Part shown: positions 58,254-64,000 of the stretch, one piece after another
Layout: the number at the start of each line of letters is the position of its first letter
How positions within the stretch are numbered: the first letter of the stretch is position 1
Source of the DNA: Chrysomallon squamiferum
Taxonomy: Eukaryota > Animalia > Mollusca
Assembly (NCBI GenBank): GCA_012295275.1
Contig: CM022668.1
Coordinates: 12,772,001-12,836,000, forward strand
Direction of reading: 5' to 3'
DNA: 64,000 bases
The notes under the pieces: model-generated
The model's input: the letters and a program-made list of their open reading frames with translations, nothing else
Databases searched by the model: none
What the model was told of the DNA's origin: nothing
Translations under genes and position numbers: made by a program

Positions 58254-59875
58254 CTCTGTGTGTGTGTATTTGTGAAAATGCATATAGGTGTGTCCATATG
58301 TACCTATGCATATAAATAAACATGCTTGTGTTTATTCTGTTGTTATTTGTGATACAATTAAAACATAACCATACAGATCACATACATATATATATATATA
58401 AATTAATGACAAAACAAATGCATAATAAAATACATATTATCAATACTTAACAGATTAATAGCTGAGTAAATGATTTGTACAGGCTGAGTATAACACATTT
58501 AAAAAAAAAAATAATAATAAAATACAAAATAACAAATATTTATCATACATTGAGTTAATTATAAACATTTTATTCAAAGTATCACTGTTTTTATAATTTT
58601 AAAAATATATGAACTTATCTTCAGATCACGATATATATTATATTATATTTGAAAATAATTAACAGATAACAATAAATTTGTTTAGGAGTTTTATATATTT
58701 CCTTCCTAATGACTAGACTATTAATTAGATTTTGTCTAAATATAGAAAAATAATTTATACATAAAATCAATTTTCAAATTTTTTTTTTTCTTTATTCTTT
58801 TTATATGTTTTTGTTCTTTTTCATTTATTTATTTTAATATAAAATATTTCAACCATATATGTTACCTTTTATACAAGACATAGTGAAAATTTAATCTGAT
58901 TTTTAAAATCTAATGTAGATAAAATTAATTATATTTTGCCAATAAACTGAAAAAAAATTATTTATTAGATAAAAACAATTCCTGAATTTTTTCTTGGTTT
59001 TTTCCATGTGATACTATTATTACTTTTACTTTTTATATAAATTTTTTTTTTTTTCATTTATTGTTTCATTTATTTATTTATTTATTTTGAATACTGAAAA
59101 TTTTAACCTATATATTATCTATACACTGTGACATGATAATGAGAAAATTTAACCTGATTTTTAAAACTTTATCTCAACCAGGAAGATAAATATAAATGAA
59201 TGTCATTGACAGAAATTTTGTTTTATCAGGTGACAAAGTCCGAATATAAATTATATTAAAACAATTTCTACTGTGGCCCATTTCAATGAAAGGTACATTA
59301 AACTTATACTCTGTATGTGACCTGTTCCAATGAAATGCATCTTATGTATTATTTTAGACATTTTTGAGGTTTTTTTGTTATGATATATCTATATATCTAT
59401 ATATCTATCTATCTATCTATATATGTGTGTGTGTGTGTGTTAACAGATTGCAGTACAAATTGATAGTGTGTATCTGTCTGGTTGTGTGCATGTGTGCATG
59501 TGTGTGCATTTACAAGTACATGTGTGTTAATGTGCATGCATGTATATATCTCTATTTATTTATGTAAAAATACACACACACACACACACACACACACAGA
59601 TTTTTACAAACAGCTATTCTGTATGTGGATGCATGTGCATGCATGTGCACATGTATGAATTCAACAACTGAATAACATGAGGTCAGTAAAACTAACACAG
59701 CTGAATAAAAGCACGTAAACAATCACGTCCCAACTACACAGATATTGATAACATCGTCTTCTTTATGTTTTCACAAAGCACAAACTCACAATCATTATCT
59801 CAGAAAAAAGTGTCATCTCAATTTAGCTATGACAGTTTTATGTGTGATAATGTTTGACAAATAATGTATTTAAAT

Positions 59876-59912
<37 letters not shown>

Positions 59913-62900
59913 ATATATGTATGTATGTATGTATGTAAGTATGTATGTATTTATGTATTGTATTCCTGTTTGTACGTATATATGTGCATGTTTATGTATA
60001 CATGTGAATATATGTGTCTGTGTGTATATGTGTGTGTTGCCTATACAGGTATTAACAATGGAAGTAAATTCAAACAAAACAATGTATTAACAAAAGCAAA
60101 CATAGTAATTAAATCTTATACATACACATGTATATATAAATATAGATGGATACAAAATTTATTGCACGGGTGTAAAATGGGATAAAAAATATAAACAGTC
60201 CAAATAAATTTAATGTTAATGTTTTATGTGTTTAAAATACACAGTGCAATAATTTTCGTTATAAAATATTCTAAAATGAACACTGAATATTTCAGATCTC
60301 ATTAAGTAACAGTGATAAGCAAATCTAAAATGAATTTCAAGCACAAATTAATACTGCGGGTTTTATGAATGTAAAAACACAGAAATTTATAATAATAATA
60401 TAATTTAAAAACTAAGTTAAAGAAAATGCCTTATAAAAAAATATTTTTAAAAAAAATTATATTTGTGATAAAGAATGTAATAATGCTGAGAAGTAGCTAA
60501 TCAACAATTAATTTTTATTTTATTATTTTACATTAAAATTCAAAAATCCGATATTTAACTAATTCAGAATTTAAATATTTCAGCAGATTTTTCAGAATTT
60601 GGATTTACAATAAAATTATAAATAAATATTATCAAGCAAAACAAATTTTTTTTACCTAACCCTAATTTTCAAAACTGCATGCAGCACTAAATTTAGAAAA
60701 TAAATTCAGGGATTATTTTCTTAATTTCTATTTAGCACTATTATTCAAACTGGTATTCAGCACCAAAATAATTCAAATAAATTTTCCAAATATATATTCA
60801 GGATAAAATACCCAATTTTTGTAACATCATTTTCTTTCTTTTTTTCTTCATTTTTTTTTAAATATTTTTTATTTAGCACTCAGTTTATAATTATAATTCA
60901 GCAACTAATGAAACAACAGTTATATTTAAGCACAATTTGTAATTTTAATTCATCAACAAACAATGGCTTCCTTTTTAGCACTAAATTCAGAATATTTAGT
61001 CAACATTAAATTCAGAATTTGTGTTCAGCAACACATTTATAAAATTCACTGAGCATTTAATTCAGAATCCTTATTTCCACTTAGATTTCACAATTTTCAT
61101 TCAGCACTAAATTGTAATTTATAATCAGCCTAAATTCAGAATCTGGAATCAGCACTAAAAGTCAGAATTCCTGTTCATCGAAACAGTTATAAAATTCACT
61201 GAGCATTAAATTCAGAATTTTTATTCTACATAAATAAAAAGAGATTCTAAATAATAATAAAAATATATTGTATATTTTTTTTATACAAGAAAAAGAAATC
61301 AGTGATATAAATACTTTTGAGTTTAAAATGATAGAAGACCAGGATTTTTACAAAATTAAGCTAGGGTTTTTGTATAAAACTGAATATAGTCAATATATGG
61401 ATTTTTAATATGATATAAATAAGAAAACAGGATTAAGAATTAAAGTGATTTCAAAATAAGAAGAGTTTGATCACTTTCATAAAAGTGAGTACAAACAGAT
61501 AAGGATTTTATACAAGAAAAAATACATGTATGGATTTATAATACAATAAAAAGATACATTCTGACCAAGAATTTTAAACAATTAAATATTCAGATATGGA
61601 TTTATATACAATAAAAAGATACATTCTGACCAAGAATTTTAAACAATTAAATATTCAGATATGGATTTGTATACAATAAAAAGATACATTCTGACCAAGA
61701 ATTTTAAACAATTAAATATTCAGATATGGATTTGTATACAATAAAAAGATACATTCTAAATAAGAATTTTAAACAATTAAACGAGATTCTAAATATGTGG
61801 CTAAGGATTTTATACAAGAGAATACTCAGATATGGACTTGTATGCAATAAAAAATACATTCTAAATAAAATGTTATGGCTTTTAAACAATGAAATTCTAA
61901 ACATGTGAATAAGGATTTTATTTAAGTATGGGAAATGAAATGTTTATACCATCTAATGAATAGATGACATTCTAAATAAACAGTCAAGAATTTTATACAA
62001 GAGAAAATGGATTTCTGTACAATTTATAATTAGGTTAGGATTTTTATACAATAAAATATAAACCTATACAAGTAGATCAGGAGTTTTTGTACAATATAAT
62101 AATCTGGTTTGACTTTTTATACAATATAATCAATAAAGCATGTTTATACACCACAGTAATTTGGTTATGAGTTTTATATAATATAATAATTAGGTTACAA
62201 GATATATGCAATATAATAATTTGGTTAGGAATTGTATACAATATAAATAATAAGACACGTATTACACAAGGTAATATATAAATCTGTATTTTTATACAAT
62301 AAAATAAAAATCTAAATATTGTAGTTATGAATTTTACATGAGATAAAAAGGATTTCTAAACAAGATAATAAATAAATTAGTTATTTTTTATACAATTAAA
62401 TAAAAATCTAAATATTGTATAGCTATGAATTTTACATAAGATAAAAAGGATTTCTATACAAGATAATAAACAAATGAGTATCTTCATACAATTAAATAAA
62501 AATCTAAAAACGCAGACATGAACATTACATAATACATAAGGATTCTGATACCACATAAAATATGAAACAAAACAGATAATGGTTTTATAATCAATCAATG
62601 AATGGTCTGGGTTTTGTTGTATTTGTTTGTGTTGTTGTTGTTTTTTTTGTTTTTTTTCTTTACACAAGAGATTCGTTAGCTGACAAAGACAGTTTTCGGT
62701 ACATTTCTGGCAGCTCTAAGGAAACCGTGGAACCAGAGGACATGCTGACCGTGTCACATTCCGACTTGCACAACTCAAAACTCAGAGGATGAAGAACACT
62801 GCCGTCCTTAGGCAACACGAACTTGACATCGACAGAAGCGTCCTTGGAGCCCTGGTCAAGTCGCTCAGATGACGACAGTGTTTCCGATGTTTCCTCAACA

Positions 62901-63745
62901 CTGATGTGGACCTCGTTGTCTTCGTCATCATCTTGTGGTCGCATCCTCTGCAATTCCGGCAGCGATTCAGCAACTGCTGCAGAAGCTGCTGTTGTTGATG
63001 ATGATGGTAAAGAGGAACATTCTGCCGAAGGGAACTTTTCACGAATGTCTCGGAAAGCCAGGTCAGCTTGTTTGGGCATGTGCAGTAGTAGTGCTACCAG
63101 ACGTCTGGTAATGTGTTTGTCGACGAGGTGTCTGAAGGAGATTTCCAGACGTCTGGTGCTGCCGTTGCTTTGACGCCTGCTGTTCACTTCCACACATCTG
63201 TTTCTGCACAGCAGCAGTGGTCAGGGACTCAACCGCATCGTTCCCTGCCTCCATCAGCTTCTTCTTCAGCATTACTTCGCTTAGCATCGGCTTCTATTTC
63301 ACTGACGTCGAGAGACCCACCACCACCACCACCAACAACGACGAGGTTGCTTCTTTCAGGTGAGGCTCTCAACTGACGTCGCGGGAAGTACGAAGGAACC
63401 TTGCTCTCGATAACACAGGAGAGATCATAAGCATCGTCATCAAAACCATCACCACCACCATCATCATCATCATCATCATTAAGACGACTGCTGTGGAGAG
63501 AATGATTATATTTCCTACACTGACCTGTTCTGGAATGCTGGGTCTTTTTCATCACCAGACGGTGCAGTTCGGGGTAGTCCTCGAAGATCTCGTTCAGGTC
63601 GATACCCGCTGCATGCGAGGGTTGAACCAGGAACCTCTCGGGAACTCGCATCATGCTGTTGCAGGTCTCAGTGGAGAAACCGAAGCCGAGGTTCAGTAAC
63701 ACTTTGACCGGATCCACTTGACGGGTTTGAAGAAGAGCATCCAGA
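45156..63745 (-). CDS. ITPR-interacting domain protein (ITPRID/SSFA2/KRAP family); 5' exons lie beyond the window
   Basis: The exon starting at 63745 encodes LDALLQTRQVDPVKVLLNLGFG...RVPERFLVQPSHAAGIDL, the KRAP IP3R-binding motif (cf. DPEEILYNLGFG...KIPSRFF...AKGIDI); its 3' end is unresolved (63525 or 62664). A possible small exon lies at 57263-57222. Phase-consistent exons follow: 55309-54217, 53011-52966, 52252-52152 (SVQSDSSGF, a family motif), 51556-50801, 49597-49523, 48719-48592, 47943-47796, 46921-46655, 45891-45817, 45281-45156 (TAG). The C-terminal coiled-coil region resembles SSFA2_C. Confidence 0.85.
48802..48990. repeat. Degenerate ~30-bp minisatellite
   Basis: Recurring TAGTGAT(C/T)AT...TTTTCCTATAAC(T/A)A units. 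Confidence 0.75.
49216..49520. repeat. Compound (TG)n microsatellite
   Basis: About 300 bp of interrupted TG repeat abutting the 49523 donor; it is the source of several spurious ORFs. Confidence 0.95.
52336..52556. repeat. Degenerate ~22-bp minisatellite
   Basis: Recurring ATATGAATATT(C/T)AT(A/G)TTCCTTATG-like units. Confidence 0.75.
53140..54227 (-). repeat. 40-bp minisatellite built on the donor of the ITPRID 55309-54217 exon, decaying distally
   Basis: TATTACCATTTCAGCAT recurs at 54211 (real junction GCTGAAATG|GTAATA), 54171, 54131, 54091, 54051, 54011 and 53971, with more degenerate copies down to about 53140. Confidence 0.92.
57292..57655. repeat. Compound (CT)n/(CCCT)n plus (ATA)n/(ATG)n microsatellite
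   Basis: Directly visible. Similar tracts occur at 1-240, 26848-26915, 35471-35536, 45954-46008 and 48428-48556. Confidence 0.95.
61528..61870. repeat. 65-bp tandem repeat (about 4-5 copies)
   Basis: AAGATACATTCT recurs at 61551, 61616, 61681 and 61746. Confidence 0.9.
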
Positions 63746-64000
63746 CTGCGAGGAAGGATGAGAAAGAAAAAATAAATTTTTGTTTAAAATTTTCTCTCTA
63801 AAAGCGTTGAGGAAAAATCAATATTTTAACTTATCTTTGTGAAGATTGAAAATGAAAATTAAGATAAAATAAGAATAGACCCTGTGGTAAAACTGCATGG
63901 GTTACTCCTACTAATTTAATAAATTAATATTTATTTATCAAACCTGTAACCCTTTATATATTTAACCTCTTCCAAGCTGAATACAGCCACTTTACAGCAA

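Noticed and set aside
56390-59650. Multiple TGCATG (Rbfox-type) motifs in the long ITPRID intron
   Set aside because: They are embedded in TG/CA/TA microsatellite-derived sequence where such hexamers arise readily; enrichment cannot be supported by eye.
63221-63231. In-frame TGA as selenocysteine or readthrough
   Set aside because: A second TGA follows 13 codons later in frame A, a frame change is still needed, and no SECIS was recognised.

Overview
Very AT-rich, microsatellite-laden animal genomic DNA with spliceosomal introns. It is probably a lophotrochozoan such as a mollusc, though this is an inference. Five protein-coding genes were reconstructed exon by exon. (1) The 3' part of ULK4 (+, nine exons to stop 7204, one GC-AG intron). 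(2) A 13-exon DNAJC7/TPR2 (-, 26512-12791) with an apparent frameshift just after the J-domain HPD motif. (3) An ankyrin-repeat/SOCS-box gene (+, 27382-31614), head-to-head with DNAJC7. (4) A three-finger C2H2 factor whose recognition helices match fingers 3-5 of Glass (+, 35355-38697). (5) The 3' part of an ITPRID/SSFA2(KRAP)-family IP3-receptor-interacting gene (-, 63745-45156), with a frame-disrupted GC-rich exon and two possible class-I PDZ-ligand C-termini. The most striking non-genic pattern is tandem duplications anchored on exon-intron junctions, about ten cases in three genes. They leave arrays of decoy splice donors and acceptors in the introns, and one is a chimera of two different acceptors. 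Also present are a perfect heat-shock element next to a kappaB site in DNAJC7 intron 1, clustered TAATCC and CCAAT motifs upstream of the glass-like gene, two Tigger/MER46-like MITEs and a tiny retroposon with a 13-bp target-site duplication. Most short ORFs in the supplied track are microsatellite or antisense artefacts.
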